Below are positions 1-14,421 of a DNA stretch of 64,000 nucleotides, in pieces; position 1 is the first letter of the stretch; each line of letters opens with the position of its first letter. The notes beneath the pieces were generated by a model, which had not been told where the DNA came from, ran no database searches, and was given only the letters and a program-made list of their open reading frames with translations. The position numbers were made by a program, and so were the translations under genes. Origin of the DNA: Squalus acanthias (Eukaryota); contig CM059425.1 in NCBI GenBank assembly GCA_030390025.1, positions 165,232,001 to 165,296,000 on the forward strand, given 5' to 3'.

Positions 1-2169
1 TTTTATAGAACATTTGCAGCTGTCAAGTAAAGAAATCCTCCCATGCTGACACAACACCCGACTTCCTTACCTGACGTGATCCCCGAGCAGTGGGGAAGCC
101 ATTGGCGAACTCTAAAAATCTAAAGGTAAGCTTAAAATACTAGTTAATTGCCTCTTAACAATCTCTCTAATGATCTAAATTGCCTCCCCCGCCGCTTGGT
201 TTCGGGTCTTTTCAGCGATGACAGGCCCGACATCTGGGAGACTGGCATGGAGGCGGGTTGACAGCGGGTTCACAACTGACCCGCCACTAAACGTGCCCAC
301 TGGCGCCCTGAAAAATACCCACCTCCCAAGTGTCTGAACCGCATGTACGTTTTTGGTGGAGTAACCTCTTTTTGTCGGTCGATTAAGGTTCAAATGCCGT
401 TCCTTTCAATTTAAAGCATATATAGCGTGACACGATGCACGGTACAATCTAACAGTAGTTAAAGATTTTTTGGGTTATTTTTGCAAGTTTCATATGAACA
501 CACTATTTAGCATACTCTATTTTACTTTCAGTTAAATTCTGAAAATTAAATTGATTGCTCATGAAAAAAATATCCTTTAGAAACACAGAAGGCCAGACAG
601 ATAGACAGATGGAAAGTATTCATTTTAATTGGGAAATTGAATAAGAAAGTTAAATAAAGTGAACATCTCTCAGATTTCAGTGACCAATTCTGTTCTTTCA
701 ACTCAAAAATGAACAACATAACCAACAATATAATACATCTATAACAAGGAAAATAAATGTATCTATTACCAGTCTAAAAGAGGTATGAATAATATATTTT
801 AATCCTGAAAATTAACATTGAATATATGGCTGGGAATCTCTTTCTGAAGTTCAACAGCATTACTTGTAGGAGATATAAAACAGTCAGAGCTTTACTGAGT
901 ATCAAAACAAGAAGTTTTATACATAGGGACTAATAAATTGAGTTTGGATGAAGAAAATATAACAAAATGCTGATACATGAAATAAGTCCAAGTACCAGTT
1001 TAATTAAAAGTTTTTAGAAGTTTTAAAAAGTTTTTAAAATGTAATTTCAATGGAAGAGACTGAAAGAAGTTTCTGTGGGTGTGGCTTAGTTTTGACAGAT
1101 TTTGTGGGCGTGTCTTCCCTTACGCATAGGCTGTACGCTGCGCTCCTGGCCTTCCTGATGTCATATGCTGCACAGACCTCTGCAGTGCAGAAGAGCAAGT
1201 CTCCATTCTGGGCCTCGCACGAGGTAAGTATATATTCCTTTTGTAGGTCGACGGCGTACTCCGTAGCTACGTTGCCGACCGCAATTTTTAGGCCATTAAA
1301 TCGTCTCTTTTTTCAGGTACTGATGGATGTGCTTTGTAATTTCAGGGAATTCTATTATTACCATTTAATCATAGGGGGAAAAATTCGTGTTCGCCAGCAA
1401 AGTTGCTGGTGTCACCGGCAACTGCAGTTAACGGCTGCTGGAAATAGCCGCAACGCTAAGCGAGTGAAATTGGTCTGGGGGGCATGGAGATAGGTGGTGC
1501 AGCGTTCACCTTCCATGCAACGCCGTCCTGGTGGCGTTGCTGGAGGAATCCGGGACGAAGTTTCTATCCAGATGCGGCATTGCAGCTTCCCACAGCCTCT
1601 GAGTGAAGCTGTGGAGCTCGCAAGGAGTTGTGGGTAATGAAGAGGTCTGAGGATTAAAGGGGCCAGGCACACGGAAGCAATTCAAAATAAAATGTAGTGA
1701 CTCAATACATTTTTCAGCACTTTCTGCCTTTTAAAAAATATTCAACATTTAAAAGAAGTTCCAAATGCGAATATTCAGCTGTTAAAGCTGAATTATCTTC
1801 CTAACCTCAACAGATGGGAAAACTACTTCAGCACTAACACAAATGGCTCACCAAGCCAGGGAAGGGGCACCGAGGGTCTGACACACAGCACTCCAGTTTT
1901 GTGCAGGGGTCAACACTGCAAAAGCAGTCCTCTACCCACAGGGGCCAGGAGGCCCTCCAGAAAGAACGATGTAGGACCAGATCACTAAGGCTGTCACTGC
2001 CAGCAGTGTCGCCCCCACCACCTGGCTCCAGTGCCCAAAGAAGCTTCATGACCTCAGACCACTGGTCAACGTCAGTGAATGCATCTTCAAAAGCCATCTC
2101 CTGCCAACTGCACCACTAGCCTCACACACTGCTCAATGCATGACCCCCAATCACTCACCTAACAACAAT

Positions 2170-2350
2170 AAGAACATAAGAACATAAGATGTCGGAGCAG
2201 GAGTCGGCCATATGGCCCCTCGAGCCTGCTCCGCCATTCAATAAGATCATGGCTGATCATCGACCTCAACTCCACATTCCTGTGCGATCTCCATATCCTT
2301 GATTCCCCTAGAGTCCAAAAATCTATCTATCTCAGCCTTGAATATACTCA
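2170..2350 (-). mobile_element. CR1 3' tip
   Basis: (AAGAACAT)n tail and the ggagcaggag...gagcctgctccgcc 3' UTR shared with the other CR1 copies. Confidence 0.8.
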
Positions 2351-2569
2351 TGATGTGGAGATGCCGGCGTTGGACTGGGGTGGACAAAAATGAGAAGTCG
2401 CACAACACCAGGTTATAGTCCAACAGATTTATTTAATTTTACAAGCTTTCGGAGCTGTCGCTCCTTCGTCAGGTAACTTACCTGACGAAGGAGCGACAGC
2501 TCCGAAAGCTTGTAAAATTAAATAAATCTGTTGGACTATAACCTGGTGTTGTGCGACTTCTCATTTTTG
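2351..2569. mobile_element. Penelope-like pseudo-LTR fold-back insertion
   Basis: Perfect 92-bp inverted arms at 2385-2569 containing CTGACGA..GGAGC GACA GCTCC GAAA. TTGAATATACTCA is duplicated at 2338-2350 and 2567-2579. Confidence 0.75.
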
Positions 2570-2994
2570 AATATACTCAATCTACACCAATGATGAGGCA
2601 CATCTCCCATTCCTAGCCTCACCTCACCTCCTTGGAGGAGACAGTGCAGGCCATTCTTGGCAGGGGCATGGTTGAGCCCTTGGCTAGCAGCGGGGCTGAA
2701 AGGATACAAGATGCTGGTATCCTTGTACGTTATCCTCCTTCTGGCATGTACCTCTTGCTTTCCCGCCCTCCCGTCAGCACAACTCCACCCTTGTGTCTTC
2801 CTCATTTCACACACCCAAGAAATGCAGCCTACCCAGCCAGTGGGACTGCAGGCGGATGATTCCATCCCGGATATCCCAGCCACAAATGGGCTGTCTAGGA
2901 TGCATCCTTCCGTCTGATTCCTCCTCTTCGGCTTCCTCCTCTTCTGCATCGTCCTCTTCCCTCTGCAAGCAAATGCTGTAAATGTGAAATGACA

Positions 2995-3112
2995 GCATAA
3001 AATGCTGGAAATACTCAGTTGGTCAGGCAGCACGTCGACCTGAGACATGAACTCTGTTTTTCTCTCCACGGATGTTGCATGACCTGCTGAGTATCCGCAG
3101 CATGTTCTGTCT
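2995..3112. mobile_element. Penelope-like terminal fragment, imperfect fold-back
   Basis: aaatgctggaaatactcag...ggtca pairs imperfectly with tgacctgctgagtatccgcagcat. Confidence 0.5.
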
Positions 3113-3921
3113 TCTCAAAGGCCTTCATTTACCATCCAAGCCCTTGCAAGCATCCAGCAGCACTCCCTACACACTTAAAAAAACTTTTCACATCTAATGC
3201 AGCAAGCCACCACTTCAATAAAATCAAAAAAGCACTCTCCAAACCCTTAAATTCAAACTTACCTGAATGATGTGTGTGTCCCTTTAAGAGCTGCAGATAT
3301 CGCCACTGTCAGCCTGCTTGACTTGGCGTGCTTAGGACCCAGCGCTGAAATCAGTGCTAGGGTCGAAGTTAACGTTGGTGACGTTAAATCAGCGTTGCAC
3401 GCCGATTGATGTCATTATGCCGCCATTTTGTTTCCAGGGTGCAGCCAGTCACCGGCAATGCAAAGGGGTAGAGCAATATGGCGGCCGTCGTGGGACCCAC
3501 CACTTGCTGGTGAAAGAGCGGCGGCCGCCATTTTATCGCCATTTCATGGCGCCAGGGAGTGTCGGTAAGGAAATGAATTTCTAGCCCATACGCTTTTTAC
3601 GCTTAGTTGACTAATTAGAATAAAATAATGTATTTTTTTAAATGTCAAAACTTACATGATGTTTGCCGAATTAGTCATCTATGTCTGTATATAACCCATT
3701 TTGCCAGCAATAGCATTTGTGCAACTTGTCACTTCAGAATAATAAGTGTAACTCATATAGTGTTTTATTTTTATAATTCATTCCTGCCAGAGATTCAATA
3801 TAGAGCTGGGTATTTAATTTAGAGATGATCAGATGATTTTCATCAGATAAAACTATATATTCTTCCTCCGTATTCCTTCATTTACTCCACTGAGCACTGA
3901 TTCATGTTTATTTTACTCTTT

Positions 3922-6900
3922 ACATAGAAACATAGAAGATAGGAGCAGGAGTAGGCCATTCGGCCCCTCGAGCCTGCTCCGCCATTCGATGAGATCATGG
4001 CTGATCATTCAAACTCAGTACCCTGTACCTGCCTTCTCCCCATATCCCTTGATAACTTTAGCTTTAGGAAATATATCTAACTCATTCTTGAATATATTTA
4101 ATGACTTGGCCTCAACTACCTTCTGTGGTAGAGAATTCCACAGGTTCACCACTCTCTGGGTGAAGAAATTCCTCCTAATTTCTGTCCTAAATGGCTTACC
4201 CCTTATCCTTAGATTATGACCCCTGGTTCTGGACTCCGACCATCGGGAACATTCTTCCTGCATCTAGTTTGTCCAGACCTGTCAGAATTTTATATGTTTC
4301 GATGAGATCCCCTCTCATTCTTCTATACTCCAGCGAGTATAAGCCCAATCGACCCAATCTCTCCTCATATGTCATTCCTGCCATCCCAGGTATCAGCCTT
4401 GTGAATCTTCGCTGAACTCCCTCCATGGCAAGAACATCCTTCCTCAGATAGGGCGACCAAAACTGCACACAATATTCAAGGTGTGATCTCACCAAGGCCC
4501 TGTACAACTGCAGCAGGATATCCCTGTTCCTATACTCAAACCCTTTCGCTATGAAGGCCAACATACCATTTGCCTTCTTCACCGCCTGCTGCACCTGCAT
4601 GCTTACCTTCAGTGACTGGTGCACAAGGATACCCAGGTCTCGTTGCACTTCCCCTTCTCCCAATCTATTGCCATTCAGATAATAGTCTGCCTTTCTGTTT
4701 TTGACACCAAAGTGGATAACCTCGCATTTATCCACGTTATATTGCATCTGCCACGCTTCTGCCCACTCACCCAACCTGTCCAAATCATCCTGGAGTTTCT
4801 CGGTATCCTCCTCGCAGCACACACTCCCACCTAGCTTTGTGTCATCTGCAAACTTGGAGATATTACATTTAGTTCCCTTATCTAGATCATTAATGTATAT
4901 TGTGAATAGCTGGGGTCCAAGGACCGATCCATGCGGTACCCCACTAGTCACTGCTTGCCACTCGAAAAAAGACCCATTAATTCCTACTCTTTGCTTTCTG
5001 TCTGTCAACCAGTTCTCTATCCAAGTCAATACCTTGCCCCCAATCCCATGTGCCTTAACTTTACACGCTAATCTCTTATGCGGGACCTTATCGAAAGCCT
5101 TTTGAAAGTCCAAATACACCACATCTACTGGTTCTCCCAGATCTATTTTCCCAGTTACATCCTCAAAAAATTCCAGTAGATTAGTCAAGCACGATTTACC
5201 TTTTGTAAATCCATGTTGACTTTGTCCAATCCTGTCACTGTTTTTCAAGTGCTCAGCTATTACATCCTTTATAATGGACTCTAGCATTTTCCCCACTACC
5301 GATGTCAGGCTTACCGGTCTGTAATTCCCCGCTTTCTCTCTACCACCCTTTTTGAATAGTGGGGTAACATTAGCTACCCTCCAATCCATGGGTACAGTTC
5401 CAGACTCCATCGAATGTTGGAAGATGATCAGCAATGCATCTACAATTTCTAGGGCCACTTCCTTAAATACCCTAGGATGTAGATTATCAGGCCCTGGGGA
5501 TTTATCGGCCTTCAATCCCGTCAATTTCCCTCACACCATTTCCCTACAAATACTGATTTCTTTCAGTTCCTCCCTTTCATCAGACCGTATGTTCTCCAAC
5601 ATCTCTGGGAGGTTATTTGTGTCCTCCTTTGTGAAGACAGAACCAAAATATGCATTTAATTGGTCTGCCATTTCTTTGTTCCCCATTATAACTTCCCCCG
5701 CTTCTGACTGCAAGGGACCTACACTTGATTTCACTAATCTTTTTCTCTTCACATATCTATAAAAACTCTTACAGTCAGTTTTTATGTTCCCTGCAAGCTT
5801 ACTTTCATAGTCTATTTTCCCCTTCTTAATTAATCCCTTTGTCCTCCTTTGTTGAATCCTAAACTGCTCCCAATCCTCAGGGTTACCGCTTTTTCTGTCC
5901 AATTTATATGCCCTCTCCTTGGATCTTATGCTATCCCTAATTTCCCTTGTTAGCCACGGTTGAGTCACCCTTTTTGTTTTATTCTTATGCCAAACAGGGA
6001 TGAACAAATTCTGTAGTTCATCCATGCAGTCTTTGAATGTTTGCCATTGCCTATCCACCGTCAACCCTTTGAGTGACATTCCCCAATCAATCCTACCCAA
6101 TTCGCGCCTCATACCATCATAGTTTCCTTTATTTAAATTCAGGACCCTAGTCTCTGATTCAACTACTTCACTCTCCATCCTAATGAAGAATTCTATCATA
6201 TTATGATCACTCTGACCCAAGGGGCCTTGTACAACAAGATTGCTAATTAATCCTTTCTCGTTAATAATACCCAGTCTGAGATGGCCTGATCTCTGGTTGG
6301 TTCCTCGACATATTGTTCCAGAAAACCATCCCGTAAACATTCTAGGAATTCCTCCTCCACAGTATTTTTACTAATTTGGTTAGCCCAATTTATATGTAAA
6401 TTAAAGTCACCCATGATGACTGCTGTGCCCTTACTGCATGCTTCTCTAATTTCCCTTTTAATGCCATCCCCAACCTCCGTATTACTGTTTGGAGGTCTAA
6501 ATACCACTCCCACTAACGTTTTCTGCCCCTTGTTATTTCTCAGTTCTACCCATACAGATTCCGCATCATCAGAGCTAATATCCTTCCTTTCAATTGTGTT
6601 AATCCCCTCTTTAACCAGCAATGCTACCCCACCTCCCTTTCTTTTTTGCCTATCTTTCCTAAATATTGAATACCCCTGGATGTTGAGTTCCCAGACTTGG
6701 CCACCCTGGAGCCATGTTTCTGCAATCCCAATCAAATTGTATTCATTTACCTCTATTTGCGCAGCTAATTCATCCACCTTGTTCCGAATGCTCCTTGCAT
6801 TAAGACACAAAGCCTTCAGGCTTGTTTTTTTAATGCTCTCAGACCTATATGAATTATTATTTACTGTGACCATGTTTGATTTAAACCAATGAGCTCTTTG

Positions 6901-8290
6901 CCTTCTACTTTTGTTTTTCTCCTTCCTGTCTTTTGCTTTTATCCTTGTTTCCCTTCCCTCAGTCTCCCTGCTCAGGTTCCCAACCCCCTGCCACTTTAGT
7001 TTAAACCCTCCCCAACAGCACTAGCAAACACTCCCCCTAGGACATCGGTCCCGGCCCTGCCCAGGTGCAGACCGTCCCGTTTGTACTGGTCCCACCTCCC
7101 CCAGAACCGGTTCCAATGTCCAAGGAATTTGAATCCCTCCCCCTTGCACCATTCCTCTAGCCACATATTCATTTGAAATATCCTCCTATTTCTACTCTGA
7201 CTAGCACATGGCACTGGTAGCAATCCTGAGATTACTACCTTTGAGGTCCTATTTTTTTAATATACCTCCTAACTCCCTATATTCTGCTTTTAGGACCTCA
7301 TCCCGTTTTTTACCTATATCGTTGATGCCTATGTGCACCACGACAACTGGCTGTTCGCCCTCCCCCTCCAGAATGTTCTGTAGCCGCTCTGAGACGTCCT
7401 TGACCCTTGCACCAGGGAGGCAACACACCATCCTGGAGTCTCGTTTGCGGCCGCAGAAACACTTATCTATTCCCCTTACAATTGAATCCCCTATCACTAT
7501 AGCTCTTCCACACTTTTTCCTCCCAGCCTGTGCAGCAGAGCCACCCATGGTGCCAGGAAGTTGGTTGCTGCTGCCTTCCCCTGATAAGTCATCCCCCCCA
7601 ACAGCATCCAAAGTGGTATATCTGTTTGAGAGGGGGGTGGCCACAGGGGACCCCTGCACTACCTGCCTGCACCTCTTACTCTGCCTGGTGGTCACCCATT
7701 CACTTCCTGCCTGTACACCCTTTACCTGTGGTGTGACCAACTCTCTAAACGTGCTATCCATGACATCCTCAGCGTCGCGAATGCTCCAATATGCATCCAT
7801 CCGCAGCTCCAGCGCCGCAATGCGGTCCATCAGTAGCTGCAGCTGGATACACTTCCCACACACATGGTCGTCAGGGACACAGGAAGCGTCCCTGATTTCC
7901 CACATATAGCAGGAGGAGCATATCACAGGGTGGAGCTCTCCTGCCATGACTTACCCTTTAATTAATTAATTTAAATTAAATTAAATGAATCCCACCAATT
8001 TCACTTCAATTAAATGATATACTCAAGGGCCCTTGTTTAACAGCAGTCCCCGCTACACCACAGAGACTCTAGAAACTATAAACCACAGAATTTAAGTATG
8101 GAAAAAAAGGAGAAAGAGAGAAATACTCACCAACCAATCACTTACCTGCTTTCTGGTGACGTCACACTTCGATTACTTTTTCCTTCTGTCTCCCGCTCTG
8201 AGATTGGTAAACCTACCTGCTCCTCGGGCTCGCTTTTATACTCTGCCACCGCCGCTCCTCCTAGGTCCGCACCGCCACTGCTGTGGGCCT
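3922..8290 (-). mobile_element. Near full-length CR1 LINE, frameshifted (5' boundary approximate)
   Basis: ORF1 7947-6996 has CxxC motifs and an SGNH esterase-like GDSIVR...DGLHL. ORF2 pieces 6873-4015 carry APE endonuclease (ETWL, GDFN, SDH) and RT (YLDFQKAFD, KFADD). 3' short-repeat tail at ~3922. Confidence 0.92.
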
Positions 8291-9041
8291 ACCGGCTCCT
8301 CGGGCATCTCATCACCTTCTTATGCTGCACCCTGTTGTTAAGTGCTTTGGTTCCCTCCATCTATTTCATGTTCTCTCAGGATTCCATATGAAAAATGTCA
8401 AAAATAATAATTGAGACATAAAATAGTAATCTTAAAATTAAAAAAAAACTCTCTCTCTCTCTCTCCCCAGATAGAGCTACTGCTCATCCAGATCCTCTCA
8501 CAGCAAAGGCCAGGCAGTCTCTGACCTTCAATGCAGCATCAATGATGACATCATCAGAGGCGACTTTCAGACTGAAACCACTAATTGGTTCATGGGTTCC
8601 CACATGCTGGAACTCAATTGCCCAATTAGGTGAAAATTGCATCAATCTCCCACATCCAATTGCAGTCGGGTGGATAACACGAAAAGTGGATGACACGACC
8701 CCAACCCGCCCCAGTATCAAAATCCAGCCCATCATCTGTACTCGCATACAAGAGTGTCAAAAGGATAATAAATGTACTGCTTCCAAAGAAATATTCAAAT
8801 TATAAAGGTTTTTATTTTATGCATAGGCACAAGATAATACTGTTTTAAATGTAACTATTCTAATTGATAGTGATTCAAGACTAAGATATAGATGCATAAT
8901 CTATCAGAGAAGATCAAAGTTCTGCCTCAAAGAGGAACCAAGGATTTCTAACCTGAGTTCAACCAATTAATTTGCAGTTAATTGGCAAACAGCTAAACAG
9001 CAAATTTGAGCACATTTAAACGGGCCTAGTTAAAAGACAGA

Positions 9042-11872
9042 GGGGGTTATTTTGGTGAAAGGCGTGAAAAGAGTGCTAAATGGGTGCTGTGCTAATAAGA
9101 CATACCTGTATGAAAGGCTGATTTTAGCACACAATTTTGGTCTTAATTGCTGATTACCATAATTTGAACTTGCCTGGAGGTGCTAAAGCAGACACCTGCA
9201 GGTTTAGCACTCAAGCACTGATTAGGCATGAGGTTGAAATGGCCATCCGACAACTGAAGAACAACAAGGCCTCAGGAGCAGATGGAATCCCTGCCGAGGC
9301 ACTAAAGCATAGCGGAGAAGCACTACTGGCGTGAATTCATGAACTCATTTCTCTTATCTGGAAGGAGGAGAGCATGCCAGGGGATCTCAGAGATGCCGTA
9401 ATTGTGACCATCTTCAAGAAAGGTGACAAGTCCGATTGCGGTAATTACAGAGGAGTTTCCCTGCTGTCTGCCACAGGGAAAGTCATCGCAAGAATCCTCC
9501 TCAATCGCCTTCTCCCAGTGGCCGAAGAGCTCCTCCCAGAGTTGCAATGCGGATTCCGCCCACTAAGGGGCACGATGGACATGATCTTCACCGTGCGTCA
9601 ATTACAAGAGAAATGCAGGGAACAGCACCAACCGCTGTACATGGCCTTCTTTGATCTCACAAAGACCTTCGACATAGTCAACTGTGAGGGATTATGGAGT
9701 GTCCTCCTCAAATTTGGCTGCCCTCAAAAGTTTGTCACCATCCTCCGCATGCTTCATGACGACATGCAAGCCATGATCCTGACCAACGGTTCCACCAATT
9801 CACGTGTGGACCGGGGTCAAGCAAGGCTGTGTCATCGCACCAATGCTCTTCTCGATCTTCCTTGCTGCAGTGCTCCATCTCACCCTCAATAAGCTCCCCG
9901 CTGGAGTGGAGCTAATTTACAGAACAAATGGGAAACTGTTCAACCTCCGTCACCTCCAGCCCTGATCCAAGGTCGTCCCATCCTCTGTCGTCGAATTACA
10001 GTATGCAGACGACGCTTGCGTCTGCGCTCACTCGGAGGTCGAACTCCAAACCATCATCAACACCTTCACCGAAGCGTACGAGAGCATGGGCCTTACACTA
10101 AACATTCGTAAGATAAGGGTCCTCTACCAACCTGCCCTCGCCACACAGTAATGCTCCCCAATTATCAAAATCCACAAAAAGGCCTTGGACAACATGGACC
10201 ACTTTCCACACCTCAGGAGCCTACTGTCAACAAGGGCAGATGTCGATGACGAAGTCCAACACCGCCTTCAGTGTGCCAGTGCAGACTTCGGTCACCTGAG
10301 GAAGAGAGTGTTTGAAGACCAGGACCTCAAACCCGGCACCAAGCTCATGGTCTACAGAGCAGCAGTGATACCTGCCCTGCTATATGCCTCAGAAACATGG
10401 ACCATGTACAGCAGGCACCTCAAAGCACTGGAGAGGTACTACCAACGCTGCCTCCGCAAGATCCTGCAAATCCATTGGCAGGATAGGCGCACCAACGTCA
10501 GTGTTCTCGCTCAGGCCAACATCCCCAGCATCGAAGTTTTGACCACGCTCGATCAGCTCCGATGGATGGGCCACATCGTCCACATGCCCGATACGCGACT
10601 CCCAAAACAAGCGCTCTTCTCGGAGCTCCGACACGGCAAGAGAGCCCCAGGTGGGCAGAGGAAACGCTTCAAGGACACCCTCAAAGCCTCCTTGAAAAAG
10701 TGCAACATCCCCACTGACACCTGGGAATCCCTGGCCCAAGACCGCACAAAGTGGAGGAGAAGCATCCGGGAAGGCGCCGAACACCTCGAGTCTCTTCGCC
10801 GGGAGCAAGCGGAAGCCAAGCGCAAGCAGCGCAAGGTGCGCACGTCAACCCAAGCGCCCCACCCACCCACCCCTTCAACCACCGTCTGCCCCACCTGTGA
10901 CAAAGACTGTAGGTCCCGCATTGGACTCATCAGTCACCTGAGAACTCATTTTTCATGTGGAAGCAAGTCATCCTCGGTTCCGAGGGACTGCCTAAGAAGA
11001 AGAAGGACTCAAGCACTGATTAGACACAATTTTCGTGGAGCAGTATATGTGGGCTCCACGCACCCAGTTCCACTGAAGGTGTGGCGTGTGCTGGCTGATA
11101 CACAGCGGCACATTTCAGAGTGGCTCAGGAACTGAGTGAGAGGGCGCTCAGCCTCTCGATCGCAGAACTGAGGTCCTGGTAGAGGAGGTCCAGAGGAGGA
11201 CTGTCCTATACCCGCAGGGGGGGAAGGAATCCACCTCGCCTTCCTGTCCCTCTCTCCTGCAGCAGCTGGTGCTGCTCTGCCTGGCTTCATGTCCTCCTCC
11301 CAGTCCTCCTGTAAACCAAGGGGGACCCCAAGCAAGATGCCGGTGACCAAGCACTCCCTTTCTCCTGATGACTCCTATAAGGTGTCCAATAAGGTAGAGT
11401 AGCACAGCACTCACTCTTTTTAGGTGAAGGCCTCAGAAAATTTCCAGAATAAATGTTGATAGAGTGTTGGTGAATTCTTGACAAAGTGTCCCAGAAAGTC
11501 TCCCGATGTGTTTCAAATGTCCTCTTCAAACCTCCAGCAGCAAGTGAACAGTAAAGGTGATATACCTTTAAGTAGTGCTCAAAATCCTCTGCAACGACTT
11601 ATTTACTCCCAATCAGCTGGTCGCTGTTAGGAGAGGGCGCTAGTTCAAGTGCTAGCCACCAAAATGCTGTGCAGCCTCCTTAATGAACACCAGCAGGCAA
11701 TTTAAGTGGCAATCAGCCCCTTCATGATCCTCCGGGTGGCCGTTCCTAGCGCGCGCTTCAACTCCTTTACCAAGATGGCCTCTTGTGCTAAACCAGCATT
11801 TCAGCTTAAGACCCCATCTTGGCCACCTCGGAGGCCCTTTAGCGTCTAAAGTATCCAGGGAAAATCGCCCCC
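9042..11872. mobile_element. Non-autonomous Harbinger-like element hosting the RTE insertion
   Basis: GGGGGTTATTTT...AAAATCGCCCCC termini with AGA on both sides. Confidence 0.55.
9226..11006 (+). mobile_element. 5'-truncated RTE-clade LINE (BovB-like)
   Basis: RT (QCGFR, FFDLTKTFD, LQYADD), LLYASETW, C-terminal CxxC..HxxxH and (AAG)n tail. 17-bp TSD ACTCAAGCACTGATTAG at 9209-9225 and 11007-11023. Confidence 0.92.
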
Positions 11873-12636
11873 AGATAGTGGTGCTGAAAGTTAAATATGA
11901 AATTTAAACATAGGCCTTTTAAATAAGGGTGCTGAATATGTATCATACTTAATTTTATATTGAAGAACAAATGGCCAGAAAAATATACAAATCTGGTCAG
12001 GTGCCACCTTTTCCAGGACAGAATTAGTGCTGTAATAGGAGGAAAATGTACAGAGTATGTGTAACATATCAGCAATTTCTGTTGCAGGGCTTTACTGATG
12101 TTGCTATGTTGAATCCTGCATATAATTTATTTCTTCAACACCATGCCTTACTGTGAATTTATTACACATGGAGTAAATGTAAAGAATTTTCTGATGTTAT
12201 TTCAACACCAAAAAATAATTTAGTTGCTGTCTATTGTGAATCAAAATGAGGTTACATTATGTTTCATTGTGTCACTGTAATTCAGTTACAAATTTTCACC
12301 AGATCATTCAGGATCTTGCTATGCAGACACACAGATGTAATACTTTTAACAGAAAGCAACAAGACAAAAAAGCTTTTAACCTTTAGCCATTTGTACATAT
12401 TTTAAAAGTGATCATCATTTTGTGAAGAATTTCTCATCTGTATTACCAGTTTATTTGCCCTTTTTATTGAAGGGATATTTATTCGACTATTCAGAGTGGT
12501 TGAGCTGAATGCTGTTGCATTACCTATGCCACAATGGACTCTCAGCCTAGAAAAAAAATCTTATTTCTGTAACAGGTGTTCACTATCTCTGAATAATTTA
12601 TTCTGCACAATACAAAATGTATTTGCTTTCATTTTT

Positions 12637-14378
12637 ACTGGGTTCCGCCAGGGCCACTCGGCTCCAGACCTCATTACAACCTTGGTCCAAACATGGACAG
12701 AAGAGCTGAATTCCAGAGGTCAGGTAAGAGTGACTGCCCTTGACATCAAGGCAGCATTTGACCAAGTGTGGCATCTAGGATCCCTAGTAAAATTGAAGTC
12801 AATGGGAATCAGGGGAAAAACTCTCTACTGGCTGGAATCAAACTTAGCGCAAAGGAAGATGGTTGTGGTTGTTGAAGGCCAATCACCTCAGCCCCAGGAC
12901 ATTGCTTCAGCTGTGGCTAAGTTGGTAGCACTCTCGCCTCTGAGTCAGAAGGTTGTGGGTTCAAGTCCCACTCCAGGGACTTGAACACATAAAGCTAGGC
13001 TGACACTCCAGTGCAGTGCTGAGGGAGTGCTGCACTGTCGGAGGTGCCATCTTTCGGATTAGACGTTAAACTGAGGCCCCGTCTCTGCTCTCTCAGGTGG
13101 ACATAAAAGATCCCATGGCACTATTTCGAAGAAGAGCAGGGGAGTTATCACCGGTGTGCTGGACAATATTTATCCCTCAATCAACATAACAAAAACAGAT
13201 TATCTGGTCATTATCACATTGCTGTTTGTGGGAGTTTGCTGTGCGCAAATTGGCTGCTGTGTATCCCACATTACAACAGTGACTACACTCCAAAAGTACT
13301 TCATTGGCTGTAAAGTGTTTTGAGACGTCCGGTGGTCATGAAAGGCGCTATATAAATGCAAGTCTTTCAAGTCTTTCTTTTCATGAGTTCCTCAGGGCAG
13401 TGTCCTAGGCCCAACCATTTTCAACTGCTTCATCAATGACCTTTCCTCCATCATAGAGTCAGAAGTGGGAATGTTCGCTAATGATTGCACAGTGTTTAGT
13501 TTCATTTGCAACTCCTCAGATAATGAATCAGTCTGTGCCCGCATGCAGCAAGACCTGGACACCATTCAGGCTTGGGCTGATAAGTGGCAAGTAACATTCA
13601 TGCCACACAAGTGCCAGGCAATGAACATCTCCAACAAGAGAAAGTCTAACCACTGCCCCGTGACATTCAATGGCATTACCATCGTTGAATTCACCCACCA
13701 TCACCATCCTAGAGGTCACCATTGACGAGAAACTTAACTGGACCAGCCACATAAATACTGTGGCTACAAGAGAAGTTCAGAGGCTGGATATTCTGCAGCA
13801 AATGACTCACTTCCTGACTCCCCAAAGCCTTTCCACCATCTACAAGGCACAAGTCAGGAGTGTGATGGAATACTCTCCACATGCCTGGGTGAGTGCAGCT
13901 CCAACAACACTCCAGAAGCTCGACACCATCCAGGACAAAGCAGCCCGCTTGATTGGCACCCCATCCACCACCTTAAACATTCACTCACTCCACCACTGGC
14001 GTACCGTGGCTGCAGTGTGTACCATCTACAAGATGCACTGCAGCAACTTGCCAAGACTTCTTCGACAGCACCTCCCAAACCCGCGACCTCTACCACCTAG
14101 AAGGTCAAGGGCAGCTGGCACATGGGAACACCACCACTTCCAAGTTCCCCTCCAAGTCGCACATCATCCTGATTTGGAAATATATTGCAGTTCCTTCATT
14201 GTCGCTGGGTCAAAATCTTGGAACTCCCTACCAAACAGCACTGTGATAGTACCTTCACCACACGGACTGCAGCAGTTGAAGAAGGCAGCTCACCACCACC
14301 TTGTCAAGGGCAATTAGGGATGGGCAATAAATGCTAGCCTTACCAGCAGCCCCCACATCCAGTGAATGAATTAAAAAA
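12637..14378 (+). mobile_element. CR1/L2-supergroup LINE 3' part (clade unresolved), interrupted by a SINE
   Basis: LDIKAAFD, PQGSVLGP, MFANDC, YKAQVRSVMEY, then AATAAA and an A-rich tail. Confidence 0.85.
12908..13382 (+). mobile_element. tRNA-derived Deu-domain SINE (SacSINE1-like) inserted in a LINE
   Basis: A/B-box head (tggctaagttggt...ggttcaagtccc), central aaagatcccatggcactatttcgaagaagagcagggg and L2-like tail ggcgctatataaatgcaagtc. Confidence 0.8.
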
Positions 14379-14421
14379 ACTTATGCTTTGTTTAAGTTTA
14401 GTGTGAATTGTCCTAACACTA

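Larger units (their letters stand above)
1374..3587. mobile_element. Non-autonomous Harbinger derivative with nested CR1/Penelope pieces
   Basis: GGGGGAAAAATTCG...GAATTTCTAGCCC termini with ATA on both sides. Myb/SANT remnant ~1860-2075 resembles 51030-51250. Confidence 0.65.

Noticed and set aside
4191..7909. Multiple + strand ORFs overlapping the CR1
   Set aside because: Antisense shadows of the LINE ORFs.
12908..12980. tRNA-like sequence
   Set aside because: It is the head of a SINE that continues into the Deu core and tail, not a tRNA gene.
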